Counted from the stretch's first letter, positions 1-9,058 are shown. The stretch is 33,299 nucleotides of DNA from Acidimicrobiia bacterium (GCA_031422955.1 JANPEN010000618.1:1-33299), one strand, 5' to 3'. Notes: a model not told the origin generated them from the sequence alone. Translations and numbers: made by a program.

Positions 1-487
1 CCCGACCGGCCGCCGCGGTGTGTGGTTCTTCAGTCTCGACATCACGCGAGTGGTGCCCACGGTCGTTGCTCGGCTCGGCTACCGACTTCCGTATTGTTGG
101 TCGACGATGGCGATCCACGGCGAGGGTCACGGCGAGGGCGCGACGCGGCGGTACCAGTCGCGGCGCCGGTGGCCCCGCGGCGAGGCGACGAGTGACGTCG
201 CGGTGCGGATCGGCCGCCAGCTGCCCGACGGCGATCTCACCGACCTCGATCACTTCCTCACCGCCCGCTGGGCCCTTGGCACCACGTTCGGTCGGCGGCT
301 GATGTGGGCCAAGGTCAGCCATCCACCCTGGCCGATCCATTTGGCCGAGGTGCTCGAATGGGACGAGTCCCTCGTCGAGGCAGCCGGGCTGCGGCCACCG
401 CGTGGTGAGCCGATCGCGCGATGGTCCCCCGGCGTCGAGGTCCGAATCGGCGTCCCCCGACCCATCCGAAGAAGCAACGTCAGATGA
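1..487 (+). CDS. YqjF/DUF2071 family protein, 5'-truncated by window edge
   Basis: Motifs VWFFSLD...ARLGYRLPY, LDHFLTARW and HPPWP match YqjF/DUF2071. The frame is open to the window start. Confidence 0.8.
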   Translation, partial: PTGRRGVWFFSLDITRVVPTVVARLGYRLPYCWSTMAIHGEGHGEGATRRYQSRRRWPRGEATSDVAVRIGRQLPDGDLTDLDHFLTARWALGTTFGRRLMWAKVSHPPWPIHLAEVLEWDESLVEAAGLRPPRGEPIARWSPGVEVRIGVPRPIRRSNVR

Positions 488-670
488 CCACCAACCTTGA
501 CGGCGCGGTAGTCGCGGTCCTCGGCGCGAGCGGCGGCTGGCCGCAACAGGATGCACAGACTGCGATGTCACATTGGTTCGGGAGATGAGCGAACGAAGCT
601 GGTTTCTCAGGCAGCGGAGTCGACGAAGCGGAGCGACTCGGTGCATGGTTCTCGCATCGGGAGTCCTCGG

Positions 671-1078
671 ATGAGGCTGAAGACCCTCTGGACGAGCCGC
701 GACATGGCGGCTCCGCGTGATGTCATGTGGGGGCTGCTCGTGGACGTCGGACGATGGCCCGAATGGGGACCTTCGGTACGCCACGCAACGCTTGCAACGA
801 GCCGGATGGGGCTGGGCAGCTGTGGGACCGTGCGAACCGTGATCGGCCTCCGCCTCCCGTTCGAGGTGACGCGCTTCGAGGAGGGGCGATCCTGGTCGTG
901 GAGCGTGGCGGGTTGCCCGGCGACGGACCATGTCGTCGAAGCCAGAGGTCCTGAAGCGAGCCGTGTCGCGTTCGGGGTGCCGTGGATCGCCTGGCCCTAC
1001 CTCGTGGTGTGTCGTGTCGCGTTGCGACGTCTCGAGAAGCTTGGCCGACGAGAGGTCACCCTGCCTCGGGTCTCATGA
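671..1078 (+). CDS. SRPBCC (polyketide cyclase/dehydrase-like) family protein
   Basis: APRDVMWGLLVDVGRWPEWGPSV...FEVTRFEEGRSWSW is typical of SRPBCC. ATG 671 chosen over 551 because the domain starts there. Confidence 0.75.
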   Translation: MRLKTLWTSRDMAAPRDVMWGLLVDVGRWPEWGPSVRHATLATSRMGLGSCGTVRTVIGLRLPFEVTRFEEGRSWSWSVAGCPATDHVVEARGPEASRVAFGVPWIAWPYLVVCRVALRRLEKLGRREVTLPRVS

Positions 1079-1100
1079 TCCGCGTGTGTCGCTTCGGTGC

Positions 1101-1579
1101 TCAAGTTAACAACGAGACGAGCGTCGGGTGTTCGTAGGCTCCGTCGGGATCAACGGCAACCATGGCGACGTGTGCGGGTTCGATGCCGCCTGTCCGCACC
1201 GTGGCGGGCGCGAGTTCGCAGAGGTTGACGACGAACTCGTCGGCGGTCTGCGCCTGGAGGCCGTGGGAGCCAGTGTGTCGGCCGGGAAGTCGCGGATGTT
1301 GTTGGTCACGATCGTCGGGTCGGGCAGGACGAGCCCGTCGATCAGGTCCTTGTAGCCCGCAACGACACAGTCCTGCACCGCGTCGCACATGAGCGCCCGG
1401 GTGCGGGCGAGCCGGGCTGCCAGCTCGGGTCGCTGACGGATGATCGAGTCGACCATCTCGTCGAGGATCTGCTCACTCCATCGGGCTTGGAACAAGCCGG
1501 TGACCGCGAGGCGCAGGAGCAGGTCCCGCACCGACGGCGGGTGCAGCACATCGGCGTCGTAGACCACGGTAAATGCCAT
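1101..1579 (-). pseudogene. PIN-domain (VapC-like, PIN_3 type) toxin pseudogene
   Basis: MAFTVVYDADVLHP..VRDLLLRLA..GLFQARWSEQILDEM is PIN-like. LPDP joins directly to TIVTNNIRDFP, so the usual DDRHVLAAA segment is missing. The family-like continuation HGLQAQTADEFVVNLCELAP is in another frame (shift near 1265-1267). Confidence 0.75.
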
Positions 1580-1882
1580 CGACCGGTCGAGATGCGCTCA
1601 GTAGTCGAGGTCGAGGTCTTCGGCTGCCCCCTGGTCTGGCCGAAGAGGTAGCGCTCGCCCGCCTCGCCGACCCAGCAGCTGTCGAGGCAACCGCCCACGC
1701 CCCGTTCGACACGCAGGGCTGAGCGGCTCCGTGGGAGAGATCCACCAACGTGGCCACGTGCTCGAATGGGAATGGCGCACCCAGAAGGCCGCTCACAAGT
1801 CTGTGGGTTCGCTCGTCAACGAGCTGGCCGAACTCGGCGACTAGGCCAGCCGAAATACTTTGTGAACTTCCGTATCAGGAAA

Positions 1883-2014
1883 CTAAATGGTGATGATCCT
1901 GGCGGTGATGTTGCGTGTTTGGAGGAGGTTGGCGAAGTCGCCGGGGTCGCTGGTGAGGATCTGGTCGCCGGGTAGGGCGAGTTGGGCGAGGAGCGCGTCG
2001 AGCAGCAGCTTCAT
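1883..2014 (-). pseudogene. Internally deleted PIN toxin remnant (43 aa)
   Basis: Manual translation: MKLLLDA/LLAQLALPGDQILTSDPGDFANLLQTRNITARIITI*. This is a PIN N-terminal LLD strand fused to the C-terminal ILTSDPxD motif. ATGA overlap with the upstream antitoxin stop. Confidence 0.65.
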
Positions 2015-2277
2015 ACCGCGCTGCTACGCTTCTTGGGCGGCAGGTACGGAACGCCGACCTCTGCAGCAAGCGAGCGCAGTTCGTCTTCGCTGAACACACC
2101 GTGGGCGGCTTGGTGTTCGGCAAGCCACGCGTCCACGAGCCGAGACCGCAACCACGTCGCCAACGCGTCTTGCACCACAGCAGAGAATGGGACACCTGTC
2201 GCCTCGGCCACTCGTGGGGCAGCCCTCTATCGAATCTCAGCCGGCAGAGAGATCGTAACCCTCGCAGTGCTGCTCAC
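2011..2277 (-). pseudogene. Ribbon-helix-helix (CopG/VapB-like) antitoxin with in-frame stop
   Basis: GTG 2277 gives MSSTARVTISLPAEIR*RAAPRVAEATGVPFSAVVQDAL...WLAEHQAAHGVFSEDEL. RVTISLP is the RHH strand; in-frame TAG at 2227-2229. Confidence 0.65.
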
Positions 2278-2280
2278 ACG

Positions 2281-2300
2281 CGTAAGCGTAATCCGTTACG
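2281..2300 (-). promoter_or_regulatory. Leaderless -10 (TACGCT, 2285-2290) overlapped by inverted repeat CGTAA-N4-TTACG (2287-2300); candidate autorepression operator
   Basis: TAnnnT hexamer 7 nt upstream of GTG 2277. Perfect 5-bp palindrome plus an extra CGTAA half-site at 2281-2285. Confidence 0.45.
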
Positions 2301-2418
2301 AGCAAATCCGGGCAACGCCGCCCGAACGATATCCGCCTCGAACCGGACGCGGACCCGCCGAAGGTGCTGGCTATCGGCCCGGACCGGACCACTCCGCGCC
2401 GCCGACGGGTCCTGCCTC

Positions 2419-2424
2419 TAGCCT
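2419..2424 (+). promoter_or_regulatory. Probable -10 element of a leaderless kinase transcript
   Basis: TAGCCT lies 6 nt before ATG 2431, with no clear Shine-Dalgarno sequence. Confidence 0.45.
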
Positions 2425-2430
2425 GGGTGA

Positions 2431-4278
2431 ATGGAACGCGACCGGGAGGTGCTGCAGGCAGCGCTGGTCGGCTACGAACTGGGTGACGAACTCGGTCGCG
2501 GCGGATGGGGCATCGTCTACGCCGGGGTGCACCAACGCCTGCGCCGCCAAGTCGCCATCAAGATGCTCCCGAGAGCGTTCGCGGCCGATCCCGAGGTGCG
2601 CGCTCGCTTCGAAGAGGAGGCGCAGTTCGCCGCCCGGCTCAGCCATCCGCACGTGGTGTCGGTGTTCGACTTCTTGGACAAGGACGGCGTGCTGGCCATC
2701 ATCATGGAGCGCATGCAGGCCCGCAACCTGGCCGAGCGCTTCGAGGTCCAGGGGGAACTGCAGGACACCGCGTGCGCGCTGGTGATCGCGGTGTCCTCGG
2801 CGCTGCACGCCGCCCACCGTCTCGGCCGGGTCCATCGCGACGTCAAACCGGAGAACGTCCTGTTCGACAGCGGTGACGTGCCCAAGTTGAGCGACTTCGG
2901 AGTGGCCAAGATCATCGGCATTGGCAGCGGGTTGACGCGCCACGGCGACTTGATCGGCACACCGGCGTACATGTCGCCCGAGCAGGCGAGAGGCCAGCAC
3001 GTCGGACCGGAGTCCGACGTGTACGCGACGGCGATCCTCGCCTACGAGTTGTTGTCGGGCCGGCTGCCGTTCCCACCGGCGGACACCGCGATGGCGCAGC
3101 TCTACCAGCACGTGCATGAGATGCCCATCCCGCTGGTGGAGACCAACCCCGACGTCGCCGAACCGCTGGCCCGTGCGGTCATGCGGGGCCTGGCCAAGGA
3201 CCCGGCGCAACGCTACGAATCGGCGGAGGCGTTCGCGGTGGCCATCGCCCAGGCGGCGAGCACGGTCTTCGGCTCCGGCTGGATGCGGGACGCCGGTGTG
3301 GAACTCCGGCTCACCGGTCGCCTGGTGGATGCCTTCCGGCAGGCGTCGCGACCCGCCCCCGCACGGCGCCTCCCGTCGCTCACGACCCGCACCGCCACGG
3401 GTGGCCACCCCCGGCTGGGCACGTTCTACGAGACGGCAGCCCGCGGCAGCACCATGGCTGCTCCGGCGGCGGCTGGCACCGGCGCCGAGGTGACCGGCTT
3501 CGTGCTGCGGGGCTCGACCCCCACGGATGAGCGCGGCCCGGTGTCCATCTCCGCGCCGCCGACGGCAGAGCGGGACCCGATCGTGACGGTGCGGGACCCG
3601 GTGGCGTCGCCCGACCCGATGGCGACCATCGCCCCCCGGTCCCGCGTAAATAACACCTCGGCGCCCGCGCCGCCCGACCCTGCCGCCACGGATCGACGCG
3701 TGGCCGGGCCCAACCGAAGGGTTCCCCCCGAGCCGCCGACGCTGGTGGCGGAGGACCGACCGGTGCGACCCGCCACCCCGCCGCCGGTCGGCCCGCCCGG
3801 CCCCGCAGGCCCCGCGGGTCCGTCGCCAGCAGCGAGAACGTCCTTCGCCCCGTCGGGGGTGGCGCTGGCGCCGTTCACGCCTTCCCGGCGGAGCGGTGGG
3901 TCCCGGCGTGTGATTGTCGGCGTAGTTCTCGCTCTGACGGTGGTCGCGGTGGTCGCCGCCGCCGCCGTTGCAATGTCGGGTCGAGGTTCCGGCACGGCGT
4001 CCACGCCCACCACCACCGCGTTGGCCCCCACGACGGTAACGCCGCCGTTGGACCGCGCCGGGGCGGTGATCCCCACGGCATCGCTTGACGAGTTCGAGGC
4101 GGCCTGTCGATCGCTCGGACTGCGGGGCCGTGACGGGTTCTGCCGTTGCGTCGGTGACGCGCTTCCCGGCACCGTGCTGGCTGCGGAGATCGATCAGGCG
4201 ACCTCCTATTTCGAGCAGCGGACCGAAGTGCTGCCCCCCGCCGTGCGCTCGGTCATGCAGAACTGCACGACGGACTGA
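2431..4278 (+). CDS. Hanks-type Ser/Thr protein kinase with Pro-rich linker, one TM helix and a small Cys-containing extracytoplasmic domain
   Basis: Kinase motifs GRGGWGIV, VAIK, HRDVKPEN, DFGVAK and GTPAYMSPEQ. TM segment VIVGVVLALTVVAVVAAAAVAM. Four Cys in the C-terminal domain. Confidence 0.93.
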   Translation: MERDREVLQAALVGYELGDELGRGGWGIVYAGVHQRLRRQVAIKMLPRAFAADPEVRARFEEEAQFAARLSHPHVVSVFDFLDKDGVLAIIMERMQARNLAERFEVQGELQDTACALVIAVSSALHAAHRLGRVHRDVKPENVLFDSGDVPKLSDFGVAKIIGIGSGLTRHGDLIGTPAYMSPEQARGQHVGPESDVYATAILAYELLSGRLPFPPADTAMAQLYQHVHEMPIPLVETNPDVAEPLARAVMRGLAKDPAQRYESAEAFAVAIAQAASTVFGSGWMRDAGVELRLTGRLVDAFRQASRPAPARRLPSLTTRTATGGHPRLGTFYETAARGSTMAAPAAAGTGAEVTGFVLRGSTPTDERGPVSISAPPTAERDPIVTVRDPVASPDPMATIAPRSRVNNTSAPAPPDPAATDRRVAGPNRRVPPEPPTLVAEDRPVRPATPPPVGPPGPAGPAGPSPAARTSFAPSGVALAPFTPSRRSGGSRRVIVGVVLALTVVAVVAAAAVAMSGRGSGTASTPTTTALAPTTVTPPLDRAGAVIPTASLDEFEAACRSLGLRGRDGFCRCVGDALPGTVLAAEIDQATSYFEQRTEVLPPAVRSVMQNCTTD

Positions 4279-4282
4279 CCCC

Positions 4283-4312
4283 GGGAGCCGGCCGTGCCGG
4301 GCGGGCGGCTTC
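4283..4312. terminator. Possible GC-rich hairpin between the convergent kinase and S8 genes
   Basis: GGAGCCG...CGGCTTC imperfect stem in the 39-bp convergent gap; no U-tract. Confidence 0.25.
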
Positions 4313-4317
4313 GGTGC

Positions 4318-5226
4318 TCAGCGTGGCCCGGCGGGGAACGTCCCGGATCGTTGCTGCGGCGCCACCAACGACATCACCCGGCTGATCCGCCCGGCTCGGG
4401 CTCGGGCCTCGGTGACGTTGGTCGCGGTGGCCCACAGCACCGACTTGAGCTGGAAGGGGCGGAGATCGGGGTGCTTGGCCAGGATGCGGGCCACGATGCC
4501 GCTGACGTGTGGCGCGGCGAACGAGTTGCCCGTCGCCGTCGTGCGCCCACCGTTGAGCCAGGCCACGTCCACGTCGATGCCGCGCGCCAGGAACTCCGTT
4601 GGTGGCGCCGGGTTGAAATGGAAGCGCTCGGGGTCGCTTCCGGTGTTGCAGGCCACGCTGATCACCGAGGCGAACAACGACGGGAAGCTCATGCGGTTCA
4701 CGTTGTTGGCCGCCGTCACGATTGCCGTGCCATTGAAGTATGCGGCGTCACACAGCTGATGCAGCTCGAAGGCGACGTCGGCCCGGCGGGTACCGAGCGA
4801 CAGGTTGATCACGTCGAAGCGCTGTTCGATCGCCCACTGCAGCCCGGCGCTGAACTGCTTGGCCTTGCCGGTGAGGCTGGCGTCGAGCACCTTCACGCTC
4901 GTAATGGTGGCGGCGGGCGCCAGGGAATGGATGATGCCCGCGCACGCGGTGCCATGCCCGAACGCATCGGCCTGCGCGCCGGGCACGATGTGGATTCTGT
5001 CGTCGGCATCAATGCGGACCTCGACCCCGCCGTCGTGGTCGACACAGCCTTCTAACGACGGATGATCGGCGTCGATCCCACTGTCGATGACCGCCACCCG
5101 CACCCGCTCGCCGGTGGATCCTCCCCAAGCCCACTGGGCGGAGATACGGTCGAGGTCGGGTACCTGGTCGAGGCGGACCACCTGGGAGTCGCGGCTGTAC
5201 GCGGGGCGGGGTGAGGGTCCCATCAT
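4318..5226 (-). CDS. S8 family (subtilisin-like) serine peptidase without signal peptide
   Basis: Catalytic triad motifs VAVIDSGID, HGTACAGII and TGNSFAAPHVSG, plus INLSLG. TGATG coupling to the GAF gene. Confidence 0.9.
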   Translation of the reverse strand: MMGPSPRPAYSRDSQVVRLDQVPDLDRISAQWAWGGSTGERVRVAVIDSGIDADHPSLEGCVDHDGGVEVRIDADDRIHIVPGAQADAFGHGTACAGIIHSLAPAATITSVKVLDASLTGKAKQFSAGLQWAIEQRFDVINLSLGTRRADVAFELHQLCDAAYFNGTAIVTAANNVNRMSFPSLFASVISVACNTGSDPERFHFNPAPPTEFLARGIDVDVAWLNGGRTTATGNSFAAPHVSGIVARILAKHPDLRPFQLKSVLWATATNVTEARARAGRISRVMSLVAPQQRSGTFPAGPR

Positions 5227-5768
5227 CAGTCGGCGCCCAGCGCATCGATGAGCCCGATCAGCGCTCGGTGCACCGCCGGCCGCCGGCCCTTCAGGTCATC
5301 GAGCGGGCTCGGGGCGACCGCCGCCACCGTCCGTTCCTCTCGCTCGCGTAGGAGGGCGGCAGCCACATCGCCCAGGAGGGACAGCAACTCGATGTCGTCG
5401 ATGTCGAAGGAAGTAGCGGCCTGCTTGTCCACTACCTCCAGCACCCCAACGACACCGTCCTCGTCGCTGCAGGGGATGCTCACATAGCAGGCCGGGGGCT
5501 GGCCCAGCAGCGACATGGGCCCTTGGCCGACCAGCACGTCACCCGGCCGGGGCCGCACGGCGATCGGCTGGCCCGACACCGCCGCCAGACCGGCAGTACC
5601 GGCGGCGGCCACCGCGAACGTCGCCCCGAGATACCGACCGGGATCTTCGGGCCCACAGTAGGCAACTACCTGCAGACCGTCCGCGGCGCGGGCCACGATC
5701 CAACCCGCGGTTGCACCGCTGGCCGTCACGGCGTTGCGCAGCAACGTCTCCACCGCGCTAACCGGCAT
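5226..5768 (-). CDS. Stand-alone GAF domain protein
   Basis: GTAGLAAVSGQPI...SIPCSDEDGVVGVLEVVDKQ..SFDIDDIELL is a GAF pattern. Overlaps both neighbouring genes. Confidence 0.8.
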   Translation of the reverse strand: MPVSAVETLLRNAVTASGATAGWIVARAADGLQVVAYCGPEDPGRYLGATFAVAAAGTAGLAAVSGQPIAVRPRPGDVLVGQGPMSLLGQPPACYVSIPCSDEDGVVGVLEVVDKQAATSFDIDDIELLSLLGDVAAALLREREERTVAAVAPSPLDDLKGRRPAVHRALIGLIDALGAD

Positions 5769-8700
5769 CGACTACCCCCCCACTGTTGGTGGCGGTGTCG
5801 GACCCGAAAGCGGCGCCCATCAGGGTAAGGCGAGCCATGCGCCGGACGCCGGTGGAACGCTGGGGCGCTGGCCCGTCACCGCGGCCCCGCAGCGCCTGGT
5901 CAACCACCGGGAACTCGCGGGCCAGCGCATCGAGCACCGGTCGCCCTAGATCACGCAGCTCGACCCGCTCCAGGGCCACAAGTTCGCTGCCGGACGGATC
6001 ACCGAGCATGGCCGAGACCCCGAACGCGTCACCGGGCCCGAGCTCGACGATCTCGGCCGGACCGCCCAGGGCGGCGGCCCGCACTACCGCCCTGCCCGAC
6101 ACGAGCACCGCGGCGGCGTCACTGCGTTCGGTCAAGGACTGCCCGGCATCCAGCGTGAGCGGAATGAGGCGGCGGCCCACTTCGGCGAGCACCGCGTCGT
6201 CGAGCCCGGCCAGGAACGGCAGGCGACGCAACGCCCCGATCAGATCGGCGGCACCCGCCGGTGTCGCCGCGCCGGTCTGTTCCGCCCAGAGGCGAGCATA
6301 GAGGCCGCCGACGGCGAGCAGTTCCGCGTGGGTGCCGACCTCCGCCACTCGTCCCCGTTCCAGCACCACGATCCGGTCGTAGCCCACGACGGAGCCCAGG
6401 CGGTGGGTGATGGCGATGGTCGTGCGTCCCCGGCTGACCCGATCGAGCGTCTCGACCAGGCGCCGCTCGGTCTGGGAGTCCAGCGCGGAAGTGGCCTCGT
6501 CCAGCAGCAGTACGTCGGGATCGCGCACCAGCGCCCGGGCAATGGCCACCCGCTGGCGCTGACCGCCGGACAGGTTGGCGCCTCCGGGCCCCACCTGCGC
6601 CAGGTATCCGCCCGGCAACGCGGCGAGGACCTCATCGAGCTCCGCCGCAGAAGCGGCCGCGGCGATGGCGGCGTCGTCAGCAGCAGGGTTACCGAGGGCG
6701 ATGTTCTCCGCCACCGTGCCGTCGAAAAGGAAACTGTCCTGGAATACCACGCCCATCCGCGCTCGTACCGACGCAGCGGACAGCTGGCGGATCTCGGTCC
6801 CGTCGTAGAGGATGGAGCCTTCATCGGGATCGTGCAGCCGCATCAGCAGGCGCAGCACGGTGGACTTTCCCGACCCCGACGGGCCGACCACCGCCACCCG
6901 TTCGCCCCGGGCGATGGTGAGATCGACCTCATCGAGCACCCGCGGTCCCGTCCCGTAACTAAAGCCCACACTGACAAAGCGAAGGTCGCGTCGCAGCGGG
7001 GCGGCCACGCCCCCTTGGTCACCCGCCGCCCCCGGGCTGTGCAAGATCTCCTCGATGCGTTCGAGCGCGCCCGATGCGGATTGCAGGCTCTGCCCGATGG
7101 TGGTCAGCGTCGTGACCGGACCGATCAGCTCGCCCATCACCCCCAGGAAGGCGACGAGGGTACCGAGCGTCATGCGCCCGTTGATGACCTGCCACGAGCC
7201 GACGGCCAGAACAGTTATGCGCAGTAGCGTGACGATGCCGTTGACGAGCAGCCCGAAGATGCCGGAGAACAACGCCAGGCGGCGCTCGCTGCGGAACAGC
7301 CGCTCACCCACGGTCCGGAACCGCTCGTGCTCGACGCCCTGCAGGCCGTAGACCTTCACGACCTGCTCGGCGGTGTGGTTCTCGGCGGCCACGTTCATCA
7401 AGGAGCCCGTCTGCTCCTGCACCACCAGGGAACGCTGCCGTGCACCGGCGCCCATGGTGCGATAGACGAGCGCCACCACCGGCGTGCCGACGAGGACGAT
7501 GATCGCCAGCATGGGGTCGAGCTGCAAAAGGATCACGGCGGTGACCACTATCGACAGCACTTGGAAGATGCCCTCGCGCAGCGTGGAGGACAACCCGTCC
7601 TCCACCAAGGTCACATCGGAGAACAGTCGGGTCAGCACATCACCCTGGCTGGCTCCGCGGTACCAGCTGGTGGGAAGGTGCTGCAGGCGGTCGAACATCT
7701 CGTTGCGGAGATCGCGTACCAACGCGCCGCTGACGTAGCCGGACACGTAGGAGCGGCGCAGCCCCGCCAGCAGCGACAGCGCGAACGCCCCCAGCAGCAG
7801 CCCGAGCAGGCCGAAGACCTTGCTCATATCACCGCTCGGCAGCCCCACGTCGAACAGCTGCCGGGTGGCGAACGGCAGCACAACGGTGAAGGCCAGTCCC
7901 AACCCCATCAACAGGAAGATCTCGGCCTGTCGCAACCGGTGGGGGCGCAGGTACCGCCAGGACAGGCGGAGGAACTGACCGAGCGCTCCCTTGGCCGAGC
8001 CTGCCACCTCGGCCAGGCCGGCTCGCCAGGCCGCGCCGAGTTCCCCCAGTGGCGCGCCGAAGTGGCGCCGGAAGGCAGCATCGAGATCATCCGGTGTGGC
8101 GTGGACCAACAGCTCTCGGACGGTGGCCGCGTCCCGCAGACGGATGAGGTGGCCCACGAACGATGCGCACATGGCGGCCCGCAGTTGGTCATCGGCGTCA
8201 GCGAGGTCGGGCAGCTCGCGCCCGCGCAGGGCACGGTCGACGTCGCCGACGTCAGCGACGTGCAGCGCGTAGCCTTCCACCAGCCAGCTGAGCGCCGGGC
8301 CGGCGGGCAGCCCGCCGGCGAAGACCAGGGCGAGGGCACGTTCGGGTTCGTCGGGCGGCGCTTCGGGCGAGACCGCCATCCAGATCTGGTTGGTCGCCGC
8401 GTCGACCACCGTGCCGTGGGTGACCAGCCGTCGGGGATCGGCTGGGTCGGGGAACGGGCCGACCAGGTAGATGCGGATCCCTCCGCCGGCCGCCTCCGTA
8501 CCGAAGCCGGCCAGGCGACGCCGGGCCTTGCGGGCCGCCCTCAACGTGGAACCGGCGAAACGCTCGGCGGGCGTACCGGGCACGAAGGCCACCTCAATGC
8601 CGTCGCCGCGCACCACCGCCAGCCCGCTGCTCGCGGCGACGGGCGGGTTGGCCGGCGGCTGCGGCGGGAGCGCGGCGACCGGGGCGGGCCACGAGGGAGG

Positions 8701-9054
8701 CGGTGGCGCAGCGGGCGGGTTGGTCCCCGCCAGCCGCGCATCTTGAGCCGGCGGCGGTGCCGTGGCCGGCGCCACGATGTGGATGCGGGTCTCGCCGACG
8801 GTCAGGACCGATCCGGGCTCGAGCACCGCGGGGCCCTCGAGGCGGTGCCCGTCGATGGTGCTGCCGTAGGAGCTGCCGAGGTCGGTGACGAGCAGCCGGT
8901 CCTCACCGGTCAGCTCAAGGCGAGCGTGACGGCGCGACACCGATTGATCGGCGAGGCGCAGTCCGTAGGCATCACGTCCGATGTCCAGCGGGCCGGTCAC
9001 GAGGAGACGCCGGGACTCGCCGTCGGGCTCGGTTACCTGGATTGTCACGGCCAT
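5758..9054 (-). CDS. Multidomain ABC exporter: FHA - Pro linker - peptidase MA-like (no HExxH) - TMD - NBD - cNMP-binding fold (1098 aa)
   Basis: FHA: IGR...VSRRHA...DLGSSYG. Gluzincin-like: WLVEGYALH...ASFVGHL...AAFRRHFG...WR. TM helices present. Walker A GPSGSGKST, signature LSGGQRQR, Walker B LLLDEATSALD. CNBD-like: LRRLPFLAGL...VLVSGRAVV...LGPGDAFG. ATG 9054 is 4 nt after the upstream stop. Confidence 0.88.
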   Translation of the reverse strand: MAVTIQVTEPDGESRRLLVTGPLDIGRDAYGLRLADQSVSRRHARLELTGEDRLLVTDLGSSYGSTIDGHRLEGPAVLEPGSVLTVGETRIHIVAPATAPPPAQDARLAGTNPPAAPPPPSWPAPVAALPPQPPANPPVAASSGLAVVRGDGIEVAFVPGTPAERFAGSTLRAARKARRRLAGFGTEAAGGGIRIYLVGPFPDPADPRRLVTHGTVVDAATNQIWMAVSPEAPPDEPERALALVFAGGLPAGPALSWLVEGYALHVADVGDVDRALRGRELPDLADADDQLRAAMCASFVGHLIRLRDAATVRELLVHATPDDLDAAFRRHFGAPLGELGAAWRAGLAEVAGSAKGALGQFLRLSWRYLRPHRLRQAEIFLLMGLGLAFTVVLPFATRQLFDVGLPSGDMSKVFGLLGLLLGAFALSLLAGLRRSYVSGYVSGALVRDLRNEMFDRLQHLPTSWYRGASQGDVLTRLFSDVTLVEDGLSSTLREGIFQVLSIVVTAVILLQLDPMLAIIVLVGTPVVALVYRTMGAGARQRSLVVQEQTGSLMNVAAENHTAEQVVKVYGLQGVEHERFRTVGERLFRSERRLALFSGIFGLLVNGIVTLLRITVLAVGSWQVINGRMTLGTLVAFLGVMGELIGPVTTLTTIGQSLQSASGALERIEEILHSPGAAGDQGGVAAPLRRDLRFVSVGFSYGTGPRVLDEVDLTIARGERVAVVGPSGSGKSTVLRLLMRLHDPDEGSILYDGTEIRQLSAASVRARMGVVFQDSFLFDGTVAENIALGNPAADDAAIAAAASAAELDEVLAALPGGYLAQVGPGGANLSGGQRQRVAIARALVRDPDVLLLDEATSALDSQTERRLVETLDRVSRGRTTIAITHRLGSVVGYDRIVVLERGRVAEVGTHAELLAVGGLYARLWAEQTGAATPAGAADLIGALRRLPFLAGLDDAVLAEVGRRLIPLTLDAGQSLTERSDAAAVLVSGRAVVRAAALGGPAEIVELGPGDAFGVSAMLGDPSGSELVALERVELRDLGRPVLDALAREFPVVDQALRGRGDGPAPQRSTGVRRMARLTLMGAAFGSDTATNSGGVVDAG

Positions 9055-9058
9055 GGCG

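Noticed and set aside
1630-1880. Short ORFs between the two PIN remnants (e.g. a GEAGERYLFG fragment)
   Set aside because: Too short and frame-inconsistent to assign; probably decayed sequence.
2431-4278. Kinase as a class III-V lanthipeptide dehydratase kinase
   Set aside because: It is a membrane-anchored PknB-like signalling kinase with no lyase or cyclase domain; dehydration is already explained by the split LanB.
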